A DNA stretch of 32,000 nt from positions 1,940-33,939 of the forward strand of contig JAPWTZ010000004.1 of NCBI GenBank assembly GCA_028275775.1. The letters run 5' to 3'. Under the pieces are notes generated by a model. It was given only the letters and a program-made list of their open reading frames with translations. It made no database searches and was not told the DNA's origin. This DNA is from Candidatus Nanopusillus sp. GTDB lineage: Archaea; Nanobdellota; Nanobdellia; Nanobdellales; Nanobdellaceae. Position 1 is the first letter of the stretch. Each line of letters starts with the position of its first letter. Shown in pieces: positions 1 through 8,104 of the stretch. Position numbers and translations under genes: made by a program.

Positions 1-57
1 GATATGAAAAAATTAGAGCCAAAACATATATTAAAAAGGAATAAAATTATACAATGA
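1..57 (+). CDS. rps24e: Ribosomal protein eS24 (S24e), C-terminal fragment cut by the window edge
   Basis: Frame 1 reads ...DMKKLEPKHILKRNKIIQ*. This matches the conserved KK-x-EPKH-x-L-x-R tail of eS24 (human RPS24 has KKNEPKHRLARHGL). The TGA at 55-57 overlaps the next ATG as ATGA. S24e next to S27ae is the usual archaeal gene pair. Confidence 0.65.
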   Translation, partial: DMKKLEPKHILKRNKIIQ

Positions 58-257
58 GCGAAAAGAAAGATTTGAAAATATTAAGATTATATAAGGTTGA
101 GGGTAATAAAGTAACTAGATTAAAAAAGATATGTCCAAAATGTGGAAGATTTATGGCAGAACATGAAGATAGATACCATTGTGGATATTGTGGATATACA
201 GAATTTAAGCAAAATATAGAAAAGAAATATATAAAAGAAATTGGAATACAAATATAA
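54..257 (+). CDS. rps27ae: Ribosomal protein eS31 (S27ae), zinc-ribbon type
   Basis: The 67 aa product has the C4 ribbon CPKCG...(H)CGYCGYTEF and an LYKVEG-type N-terminus typical of archaeal S27ae. It sits directly after S24e. Confidence 0.85.
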   Translation: MSEKKDLKILRLYKVEGNKVTRLKKICPKCGRFMAEHEDRYHCGYCGYTEFKQNIEKKYIKEIGIQI

Positions 258-561
258 TATAAAATATTTTGGTCCTATTAGATCTTTTATTGGTTTAATG
301 TTTCAGTTACCAAAAAAGAATACAATATATATTTTAGATTTAAAAAAAGATGTTGAAGATGGATTTGTTCATACATTTTTTTGTCTAAAACCGTTAGATA
401 TTTATTTATATAATTCAAATTTTGAATTGATTCAATATTATAAAAAATTAAAACCATTTAAAATTTTAATTCCAAAGAAAAAATTTAGGTATATAATTGA
501 AGGTTTAGATATAAATGAAGATATGTTAAAATATTCGATAGAATATTTAAAATCACTGTAA
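241..561 (+). CDS. Hypothetical protein, possibly DUF192-like
   Basis: The GLMF...HTFF..PLD...RYIIEG pattern resembles the DUF192 (COG1430) signature. The ORF uses a TTG start overlapping the S27ae stop, so the true start is uncertain. Confidence 0.4.
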   Translation: MEYKYNIKYFGPIRSFIGLMFQLPKKNTIYILDLKKDVEDGFVHTFFCLKPLDIYLYNSNFELIQYYKKLKPFKILIPKKKFRYIIEGLDINEDMLKYSIEYLKSL

Positions 562-933
562 ATTATTAGTTAGTATTTCTATCTCTATAAATAATTTATC
601 AATCATACTTCTTACTTCTTTTATTCCATTATTTATTTGTCCAATAATTTCTGTTTTTATATTTGGTGTTATATATGGATTTCCGCTTATTTCTTTATAA
701 TATAATGCTATATAATCTTTTATACTCTCTAAAATACTTATTAATAATTTCATTGAATTTATTAAATTATTAATTTCTTGTACTTGATAGTTATATAAAT
801 AGTAATAATTTCCACTAATATTCTTTTCATATTCATTTAAACTTTGTAATTGCAAAATATTATTATTTATTTGTGATAATAAATTTCTTATTTGAGCTAA
901 TAATTGATTTTCTAAATCTTGTATATTATCCAT
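553..933 (-). CDS. Hypothetical coiled-coil protein (126 aa)
   Basis: This is an open frame with an ATG start and an A/T-rich TATA-like tract 15-35 nt upstream. The sequence is heptad-like and rich in Leu, Ile, Asn and Gln. I recognise no family. Confidence 0.5.
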   Translation of the reverse strand: MDNIQDLENQLLAQIRNLLSQINNNILQLQSLNEYEKNISGNYYYLYNYQVQEINNLINSMKLLISILESIKDYIALYYKEISGNPYITPNIKTEIIGQINNGIKEVRSMIDKLFIEIEILTNNLQ

Positions 934-964
934 AAATAATTAATATTTTAACTATTTTATATTT

Positions 965-1020
965 TTTCAGGGAGGAGGTGTATTCATCATTTATTCAGTC
1001 GCGCGCAACATCATCATATA
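965..1020 (-). ncRNA. Box C/D sRNA (2'-O-methylation guide)
   Basis: The minus strand reads A-UGAUGA (C box, 1017-1011), a 12 nt guide UGUUGCGCGCGA, CUGA (D', 998-995), a short spacer, A-UGAUGA (C', 990-984), a 13 nt guide AUACACCUCCUCC, then CUGA (D, 970-967). This is the canonical archaeal C-D'-C'-D spacing. The region is a local GC spike in AT-rich DNA. The C box contains the TGA stop of the upstream UDG gene. Confidence 0.65.
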
Positions 1021-1628
1021 AATTTTAATATTCCTTCCTTTTTATCCTTATTTAATATTTCTTTTATTGTTTTAAAATCTTGATCAAAATATTCTCTCCA
1101 TTCTTTATGATATAATGTAGATGCTGGATGCAATGTTGGTATTATTGTAACATTTTTTCCCCATTTATTTACTCTAAATATTTTTCCTCTTAATTTTGTT
1201 ATTGAAGAAAATTTTAATTTAAAATAATCGAAAATCCATTTTGTTGAATAATGACCTAAAGTTACTATTATATCCGGTTGAATTATTTCTAATTGCTTTT
1301 CTAACCAAATAGAACATGCTTTTATTTCTTCTTCTTCAGGTTCTCTATTTTCTGGAGGTCTGCATTTAATAACATTAGTTATATATACATCTTTTCTATC
1401 CATATTCAATATATTTTTTATATTTTCAGTTAATACTTGTCCAGCTTTTCCAACAAAAGGTTTTCCTTGTTTATCCTCTTCTCTACCAGGTGCTTCTCCT
1501 ATAAATAATATTTTTGAATTTGGATTACCATCTCCTGGAACATAATTTGTTTTAAATTTATATAAAGGACACCTAGTACATTTTAATATTTGATTATTTA
1601 ATTCTTCAATCATCTTTTCTTTATCCAT
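1014..1628 (-). CDS. udg: Uracil-DNA glycosylase, family 4 (4Fe-4S type)
   Basis: It carries the GEAPGREEDKQGKPFVGKAGQVL motif A and HPAS motif B. Cysteines CTRCPL, VIKCRPP and KACS are placed as in the thermostable family 4 UDGs. Confidence 0.85.
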   Translation of the reverse strand: MDKEKMIEELNNQILKCTRCPLYKFKTNYVPGDGNPNSKILFIGEAPGREEDKQGKPFVGKAGQVLTENIKNILNMDRKDVYITNVIKCRPPENREPEEEEIKACSIWLEKQLEIIQPDIIVTLGHYSTKWIFDYFKLKFSSITKLRGKIFRVNKWGKNVTIIPTLHPASTLYHKEWREYFDQDFKTIKEILNKDKKEGILKFI

Positions 1629-1661
1629 TAAAAATATAAGTATGATAATTATTTTAGTTTA

Positions 1662-2498
1662 ATGTTTGCACATGCTCAGGGTGAATATGATAAATCAAAA
1701 TGGATAATAGTAGGAATCCCATCTGAAATTGGTAGTTTATCTCATATAAAAAATTATATTGAGGGACCTGGATCAATTAGAGATGCATCATATAGAATAT
1801 TTTCTCCAATATTTGGGGATATAAATATGGAAGAAATATATGATTATGGTGATATAGATTTAGAAGATATAAAAGATCTAGATAAATTATATGAAAAAAT
1901 ATATAATGAAATTAAAAAAATATATAGGAAAGATAAAAAATATATATTTTTGGGAGGAGATCATTCAATAACATATCCAATATTAAAAATTGTTAAAGAA
2001 AATTGGGAAGATTTTTATTTATTATATTTTGATGCACATCCAGATATTCATCCAGATCCTTATCCAAATTATCAAAGTTTTATTTATCATTTAATAAAAG
2101 AAAATTATATCGAACCTGAAAAAATTATTTTTGTTGGTATATCTAATCTATCATTTGAAGAAAAGAATATAATAAAAGAATGGGGGATAAAATATTATGA
2201 TCCTTTATATATTTGGGATAATATAAAAGAAATATCGAGAGAAATATCAAATATATTAGAAAATAAAAATGTATATATTTCAATTGATATAGATGTATTT
2301 GATACAGGATGTGGACATTGGTTGGAAGGTATTGGAATTAGACCATATCATTATTTTAAGATTATAAAGGAATTAAGGAATGTTAATTTAATTGGTTTTG
2401 ATTTAGTAGAATTATTTTCAAATGAAGTATGTGATAATTTAGCTGCAAAAATTGTTATTGAATCAATAGCAATTTTTAATAAATTTATGCAATCTTAA
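1662..2498 (+). CDS. speB: Agmatinase / ureohydrolase family protein
   Basis: The arginase-fold metal-binding motifs GGDHSITYP, FDAHPDIH and SIDIDVFD are present. The length of 278 aa fits. Substrate assignment rests on PdaD being in the same window. Confidence 0.75.
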   Translation: MFAHAQGEYDKSKWIIVGIPSEIGSLSHIKNYIEGPGSIRDASYRIFSPIFGDINMEEIYDYGDIDLEDIKDLDKLYEKIYNEIKKIYRKDKKYIFLGGDHSITYPILKIVKENWEDFYLLYFDAHPDIHPDPYPNYQSFIYHLIKENYIEPEKIIFVGISNLSFEEKNIIKEWGIKYYDPLYIWDNIKEISREISNILENKNVYISIDIDVFDTGCGHWLEGIGIRPYHYFKIIKELRNVNLIGFDLVELFSNEVCDNLAAKIVIESIAIFNKFMQS

Positions 2499-3132
2499 AA
2501 TATGTTTGATTAATTCTTTCTAAATATACTGTTACAAATTGATAAAATGTAATATTATTTATTGAATAGCATGGTATATAATTGCATATAATATTTCCAT
2601 TTGTATTTTCTGTACATGTAATATTTCCAGATAAATTTGTTGGAAATAGAAATACAAATGTTTGATTTGAAGTACTTTCGTTACTCAAACAAAAATAATA
2701 TAAAAAATAGTAAAAATCTGAATAATAATTTTTACATATGGTTAATTTAATATAATCTAATGAATAAGCTATAGAAATTGGATATACATATGTATTGCAA
2801 TTTCCATTAAAATTTATTATTCCAAAACTATAATTATTTATTTCTGCTCTAAATGCATAAGGAAATATTGTACAATTTGGAAGTTCATTATAATATGTTT
2901 GGTTAAACTGTTCTATTTTTTCTAATGTTGTAAAATATACTGGATAATTTGGATATCCTAAACAATTTGGAGAAAATAAATCATATATTATATCCTGTTC
3001 ATATGAAAAAGATGTTTGTTCTTTATAATTTGTTAAATTTATATTAGAAAATATAGCTAATAAAATTATCATTCCAACTAAAAATAATACAATTAATATT
3101 GTTATAAATACTATAGATAATTGTTCCTTCAT
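2485..3132 (-). CDS. Membrane-anchored, sequon-rich surface protein (last gene of the 12-gene operon)
   Basis: It starts MKEQ followed by a hydrophobic helix of about 22 residues. The mature part has about 10 N-x-S/T sequons and 8 or more Cys, is rich in Tyr and Asn, and has few Lys or Glu. It lies 7 nt after the preceding gene. Confidence 0.6.
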   Translation of the reverse strand: MKEQLSIVFITILIVLFLVGMIILLAIFSNINLTNYKEQTSFSYEQDIIYDLFSPNCLGYPNYPVYFTTLEKIEQFNQTYYNELPNCTIFPYAFRAEINNYSFGIINFNGNCNTYVYPISIAYSLDYIKLTICKNYYSDFYYFLYYFCLSNESTSNQTFVFLFPTNLSGNITCTENTNGNIICNYIPCYSINNITFYQFVTVYLERINQTYFKIA

Positions 3133-3139
3133 TTATTTT

Positions 3140-4459
3140 TTATCTAATATGTATGTTTTTTCCACCTCCTCCACCTCCACCGCCAGATCCACCCCCACCA
3201 TTTTGTCCACATGAAGATTGACCAGATGGTTGCGGTACACATTGATCTGGGAAGGGTATAGTTTGTGGACATGTTGGATTATTTGGACATGCACCAGGTA
3301 AACATACAGGACATGGAGCAGAACCAATTATGCAAATATAGCATTCAATTGGTATTGAATAATAATATGGAAATGTATATGTTATTTCACAATCTTGTTG
3401 ATTTGTATTTACATTACCACAACCGTTAAGGGGTGTACATGAATATTGTTGACTTTCTAATGTACAACTTTTAGATATTACTTGATTGTTTGTTAAATTA
3501 TATGTTTCAGTACATTTATATATGCAATTTAGATAATATTGATTTGTTACATTTTCATAAAAAACTATAGAAGTAATTATTATTGTTTGTGGATATGTAT
3601 TGCCATTATAATATACATTATATTGGTTATCAGAGCATCTTAATATTACCCTGCATGCAATTTCCCAAGGATATAAACATGCTTTACATAAAGGAATATC
3701 TATACATTGATATGGAATTATTGTTTCATTACATTCAATATAAGGATTATTTGAAAATTGCTCAAAGGCTTGCACACAATTATTAGTTGTAACATGATTA
3801 TATATTTCATTATAACAATCTTGGAAAGAACATTCTGAAAATTCTCCACTTTGAGAAAATTGATATGCTAAATTGTATAAATAAAATGCAGGATTGTTTG
3901 TTATATTCGATGTAGTTGCATATGGAATTATTGAACCAGAAGAAGGACCTGTAATATTTATATATAATCCTTGAACATAAATTGGAAAATTATAATTATA
4001 TTCTCCAGAAGTTATATTACTGCAATCTCCAATAATTCCTGCTTGATAATTATTTGAAAAATTGAAAGATATATTATAAGGATAGTAATATTTATATGTA
4101 GTTAAATATTGATCCCCATAAGTTAATAAAGTTTCATATCCAGAAGATAATAAATTATTATAATATTGAAGCGCATTTTGACATGGTTGAGGTAATATAC
4201 ATCCTGGAGGAAAAGAAGCCCATTCCTCTTTTCCCCATCCATTTGTTCCAGCTATATAGGATTCTGAATAACCTGTTTGTGCTAATAATGTTTGTAAATA
4301 TCCTAAAAAATAATTTGATAATGTAGATAAAGAGGTAAATCTATTAAAAACAATATTTTGATTGTAATTATATGTTAATGCATAAAAAGATAGAAGGATT
4401 ATTAATATTGCAATTGTTAAAAATAAAACTACATAAATAACTTCTACCTGATTTTTCAT
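3140..4459 (-). CDS. Membrane-anchored Cys-rich surface protein with a Cys/Pro-rich C-terminus and poly-Gly tail
   Basis: It starts MKNQ plus a TM helix. I count about 26 Cys in 439 aa and fewer than 10 Lys, with many sequons. The C-terminus reads ...CPVCLPGACPNNPTCPQ...GGGGSGGGGGGGGKNIHIR. Its start overlaps the upstream stop by 4 nt. Confidence 0.65.
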   Translation of the reverse strand: MKNQVEVIYVVLFLTIAILIILLSFYALTYNYNQNIVFNRFTSLSTLSNYFLGYLQTLLAQTGYSESYIAGTNGWGKEEWASFPPGCILPQPCQNALQYYNNLLSSGYETLLTYGDQYLTTYKYYYPYNISFNFSNNYQAGIIGDCSNITSGEYNYNFPIYVQGLYINITGPSSGSIIPYATTSNITNNPAFYLYNLAYQFSQSGEFSECSFQDCYNEIYNHVTTNNCVQAFEQFSNNPYIECNETIIPYQCIDIPLCKACLYPWEIACRVILRCSDNQYNVYYNGNTYPQTIIITSIVFYENVTNQYYLNCIYKCTETYNLTNNQVISKSCTLESQQYSCTPLNGCGNVNTNQQDCEITYTFPYYYSIPIECYICIIGSAPCPVCLPGACPNNPTCPQTIPFPDQCVPQPSGQSSCGQNGGGGSGGGGGGGGKNIHIR

Positions 4460-5667
4460 ATTTTTAATTTAACATGTAGATATATAAATGTTAATATAAG
4501 AATAGGTGTTACTAGTCCATGTATAATTCCAAGTGCTATTAATATATTTGGTATAGATATTAAATGTATACTACTTGGTCCTCCAAATAATACTGATTCG
4601 AGGAATTCTCCAGTTATATTTTGTAATAAGATTAAAATACCAATGGAAATACCTAAAGCTTTTGTTATTACCTTTTTGCTGTTTCTAAATATTTTATAAT
4701 GTATACCCATAAAGAAAAATAATAAAGCAATTAAATATCTAGTATGTAATGCTGCAGAAGTAAAATCTGTATATAATAGATATAGTTCTCCAAAAAATAT
4801 TATTAAGACCATTGTTATAAGCAAAAAATAGTTTGTTGGTATATTATATTTTAAATTTCTATAAACTAAAATATAAATAATGATTTCATATATTGATAAA
4901 AGTATTAAGGATTCATATATATATAAATAATATTTTCCAATTAAACTACTTATAACTAAGTTTCTATATATTAATAATTGATTTAATGAAATAAAGATTT
5001 GGATTATTATAATAGAAAATATTAATAGAAAAATGTATTTTTTATATTTATAAATTTCAGAAATAATTCTAAATATTTTTGTTTTTGATAATAATATTTC
5101 ATTTCCATTAAAGTACATAACTAAGAATAAGAAAATTGCAAAAACAATAAATAATAAGGTATATATTATTTCAAAGGTATAAAGATGTAAATATGAGTAA
5201 TTAATGAGCAAAGATATTATATAGTTCATTTTTACATCAAGATCTGTAGTTGCAGAATTATAAATAAGTTCTAGGAAAAATTGTATTATAAATAATATTA
5301 TTGAGATTATATAAAATATTGATGATTTCTTTGAAATATATAAATTGTTTTCAAATAGATAATATCCCATAGAAAATGCTATAAAATAAAATATCCAATA
5401 ATTTACTATATAAGTAAATATTGATGGAAATGGAAAAGGTAAAGGCAAATTGGTGTAAATTCCAAAGATTCCAATTGGTATATATAATGGAAATATTAAT
5501 TTATATATTAAAGATGTATTCTTTGAATTTTTTAATATAAAAGATAATAAGAACAAATATACTGTACCGAAAATAATTATATTAATATTAAAGTTGCTAA
5601 TATAAGTAAAAAGTAAAAACAATATTAAATATATAAAAAATAAAATTTTATCTTCTTTTTTTACCAT
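4456..5667 (-). CDS. Polytopic integral membrane protein (about 11-12 TM helices), unknown family
   Basis: The 403 aa are almost entirely hydrophobic helices separated by short loops. The gene is translationally coupled on both sides (7 nt and 4 nt overlaps). It has no WWDYG (AglB) motif and no prepilin-peptidase DxD/GxGD motifs. Confidence 0.65.
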   Translation of the reverse strand: MVKKEDKILFFIYLILFLLFTYISNFNINIIIFGTVYLFLLSFILKNSKNTSLIYKLIFPLYIPIGIFGIYTNLPLPFPFPSIFTYIVNYWIFYFIAFSMGYYLFENNLYISKKSSIFYIISIILFIIQFFLELIYNSATTDLDVKMNYIISLLINYSYLHLYTFEIIYTLLFIVFAIFLFLVMYFNGNEILLSKTKIFRIISEIYKYKKYIFLLIFSIIIIQIFISLNQLLIYRNLVISSLIGKYYLYIYESLILLSIYEIIIYILVYRNLKYNIPTNYFLLITMVLIIFFGELYLLYTDFTSAALHTRYLIALLFFFMGIHYKIFRNSKKVITKALGISIGILILLQNITGEFLESVLFGGPSSIHLISIPNILIALGIIHGLVTPILILTFIYLHVKLKI

Positions 5668-7283
5668 ACTGTTAATTCAGCAACTAGATACCCGCCCAGG
5701 AATGGTATACCCATTGGTAAATAAATATAAGAAACATATATATTTGTATTTGGAGGTATTGGATATCCCAAACTTATAGTTTCTCCACTACCTTCATACA
5801 TATATGCATTTAGTTCTTCCACATTCCCTTTATCTGTAATACAATATGCTCTTGCCATTGCAACACCATTTCCTCCAGGATGAGGATCATAATATACTGC
5901 GGAAATTATAAATTGAGATGTATTTTGAGCTCTATCATCTATTACCCATTTAGTAATATTAAATCTATAAATTCCTTCTGCATTTGAATTTTGATTAAAT
6001 AAATAAACTAAAGGGCATTCTTTTCCAACAATAATTCCATTTACATTTTGTACACTATCGAATACACCAGTTGGACAATCTATTGTTTCTCCATTTAAAT
6101 TATATTCACATAAAGGATCTGCTGCTAAAAATACATAATCTGGTTCTCCACTTTTATTTAAAAAAGAAATATACAATCTTACTACTTCATGCCATGGATA
6201 ATCTATAAATACTTGTTGACAATTTGGAGGTATATTTACTATGCCTCTATAAAATGATCCAACAATTAATTCCTGACCTCCACATTGCTGAGAAGGACCT
6301 GAATAGCTTGTACCGAATTCTTCTTGACATATCTTATTTAAATATTGTTGTGGGATTATAAACTCTGCTAATCTATTTATATTGGTAGCAGTTTTATATA
6401 CTGGAGGTCCATAATAATAGTAAGGAATACTTGTTAAATATTGAAAACCTGCTACTGGAGTTCCAATTCCTACCCATCCAGAGAAGAATTGTGGTAATGA
6501 AAAAGTTGGTTGTGGAGTTATTGAATAACTAAAGGTTTCATAATTTGGGAATAAATTCCATTCACCTTGTGGGCAATATACAGAAGCGTTTGTAAAATTA
6601 TAACTTGGAAATATTTTTGTTAATGGTGTACACAAGCCAGTTTGTACAGCTAGAGATTGAGTCATTCCATTATATAATGTTGGTAATCCCCACAAACTTA
6701 TTGATTGAGACTGATGAAATGGCGCTGTTGCATTTACCCATCCTGCTCCATATAATGTTTGAGTTACTGGTATATTAATATTTTCTGTATAATTATCTAC
6801 AAAGAAATATGTATAATTCCATTCATACCATTGTGTACCATCTGGATCTGGAGGGGGATTCATTGAGCAAGGATCCCAATTTCCAATATTACCACCTACT
6901 ATAAACATTTGAACAACCCATCCAGTTACTGGTGGGATAAAATATATAGTTAAGTTCCATCTATTTCCATATATACTATCAAAATAATTTATTAGATCTT
7001 CTGATATATTTGTACATATATTTTGATTTATACAATATGTATCATTTCCAGAAGATGAAAAATAGGATAATAAAAATGCATAGGATAAATTAACTTTATG
7101 ATCATAAATATAAGGTAATAGATCAATGCTATTTTGAATTGTTAATGTATATTGATTTTCTACATTATATGTTTGTGTTATTTTAGAACTAGAACTGGTT
7201 GATAATAAATAAACCAAAATTATTAATAAAATTATTATTGAAATAATAATAACAAATGCTAATGTATTAATCTGATTTTTCAT
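5661..7283 (-). CDS. Large membrane-anchored surface protein (540 aa), unknown family
   Basis: It starts MKNQ plus a TM helix and an SSSS linker. The mature part is rich in Tyr, Asn, Pro, Gly and Trp, with paired Cys and many sequons. Its start overlaps the upstream stop as ATGA. Confidence 0.65.
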   Translation of the reverse strand: MKNQINTLAFVIIISIIILLIILVYLLSTSSSSKITQTYNVENQYTLTIQNSIDLLPYIYDHKVNLSYAFLLSYFSSSGNDTYCINQNICTNISEDLINYFDSIYGNRWNLTIYFIPPVTGWVVQMFIVGGNIGNWDPCSMNPPPDPDGTQWYEWNYTYFFVDNYTENINIPVTQTLYGAGWVNATAPFHQSQSISLWGLPTLYNGMTQSLAVQTGLCTPLTKIFPSYNFTNASVYCPQGEWNLFPNYETFSYSITPQPTFSLPQFFSGWVGIGTPVAGFQYLTSIPYYYYGPPVYKTATNINRLAEFIIPQQYLNKICQEEFGTSYSGPSQQCGGQELIVGSFYRGIVNIPPNCQQVFIDYPWHEVVRLYISFLNKSGEPDYVFLAADPLCEYNLNGETIDCPTGVFDSVQNVNGIIVGKECPLVYLFNQNSNAEGIYRFNITKWVIDDRAQNTSQFIISAVYYDPHPGGNGVAMARAYCITDKGNVEELNAYMYEGSGETISLGYPIPPNTNIYVSYIYLPMGIPFLGGYLVAELTVW

Positions 7284-8104
7284 TTTAGATAATATAAAAG
7301 AATAACTAGGCCTATTATTATAATTACTATTACTATTGCTACTGGTAAAATTAAGTTAACATTATTACTTTTATTACTTATATTTGGTTGTGGATAAATT
7401 AATTGTTGGGTATTATTTGTTTGATTTACTTGAGTCTGATTTATGCATTCAAATACTCCTGTACATGATATATATATAATATTTGGTGGTGGACATTGCT
7501 GTAAAAATTCTTGATATAATTGATTTAATGAATAATTATATGGACATCTAAACCAATCTCCTTCAAATGATAAGTTTTCTGGACAATATCCACATTGATA
7601 TTCTTTTTGATATGCAGATAAAATAGTTTGATAAGAAGCATTACCTGTCAAATAAGATTGGGGTATATATGGTGGATTAAAACATGGATAAACCTGATTT
7701 GAACATGGTTGATAATACCATGGAGTATTTGAGCAATTTAATAAACTATTACAATATACTCTTGGAAGTATAATTAAATCTTCATATGCTGATGGAGGAA
7801 TTAATGCATATGGACTAACCAATGTTCCATTTGGATATTCACAATAACTACTATTTACATATATTAATCCATAATGGGCACAAAAAGAATATTGTGGAGG
7901 TACTTCGTTTTCATAATATTGTATAGCATCAAAATATGTACCATTTACAATACAATAAGAACCTGTGCTGTTTGTATAATATGTTCCTCCACCATATTCA
8001 CAATAAACTGCTAATGGATTTATCATGGAATGTATATTATAAAGTAAAGATATAAAAATAATTATAAATAATATTAATATTTTTTTATTGTGCGAGAGTA
8101 ACAT
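7280..8104 (-). CDS. Cys-rich surface protein with an N-terminal signal, a C-terminal TM anchor and a possible DUF333-like motif
   Basis: The N-terminal hydrophobic segment is followed by NPLAVYCEYGGGTYY...GSYCIVNGTYFDAIQYY. This resembles the NPA-x-VYC..GG...C..DG DUF333 signature, and a degenerate second copy follows. The C-terminus LILPVAIVIVIIIIGLVILLYYLK is a TM anchor. The true start may be slightly downstream, given the 20 nt overlap. Confidence 0.55.
   Translation of the reverse strand: MLLSHNKKILILFIIIFISLLYNIHSMINPLAVYCEYGGGTYYTNSTGSYCIVNGTYFDAIQYYENEVPPQYSFCAHYGLIYVNSSYCEYPNGTLVSPYALIPPSAYEDLIILPRVYCNSLLNCSNTPWYYQPCSNQVYPCFNPPYIPQSYLTGNASYQTILSAYQKEYQCGYCPENLSFEGDWFRCPYNYSLNQLYQEFLQQCPPPNIIYISCTGVFECINQTQVNQTNNTQQLIYPQPNISNKSNNVNLILPVAIVIVIIIIGLVILLYYLK

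Noticed and set aside
3161-3199. A GC-rich CCACC/TCC repeat-like tract, considered as a tandem repeat, ncRNA or phase-variation site
   Set aside because: It is in frame with 3140..4459 and encodes the Gly12-Ser tail. Codons are mixed rather than a perfect microsatellite, so I treat it as coding low complexity. It is still noted as a finding for its protein-level oddity.
3133-3786. ORFs 3133..3327 (-) and 3583..3786 (+) inside the Cys-rich surface gene
   Set aside because: They overlap the much longer, operon-coupled 3140..4459 frame, in an alternative frame or antisense. They have no independent start context or recognisable features.
7280-7360. The C-terminal TM segment of 7280..8104, considered as a PGF-CTERM or archaeosortase sorting signal
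   Set aside because: There is no PGF, PEF or similar tripeptide ahead of the helix. The basic tail is only YYLK. I treat it as a plain C-terminal anchor.
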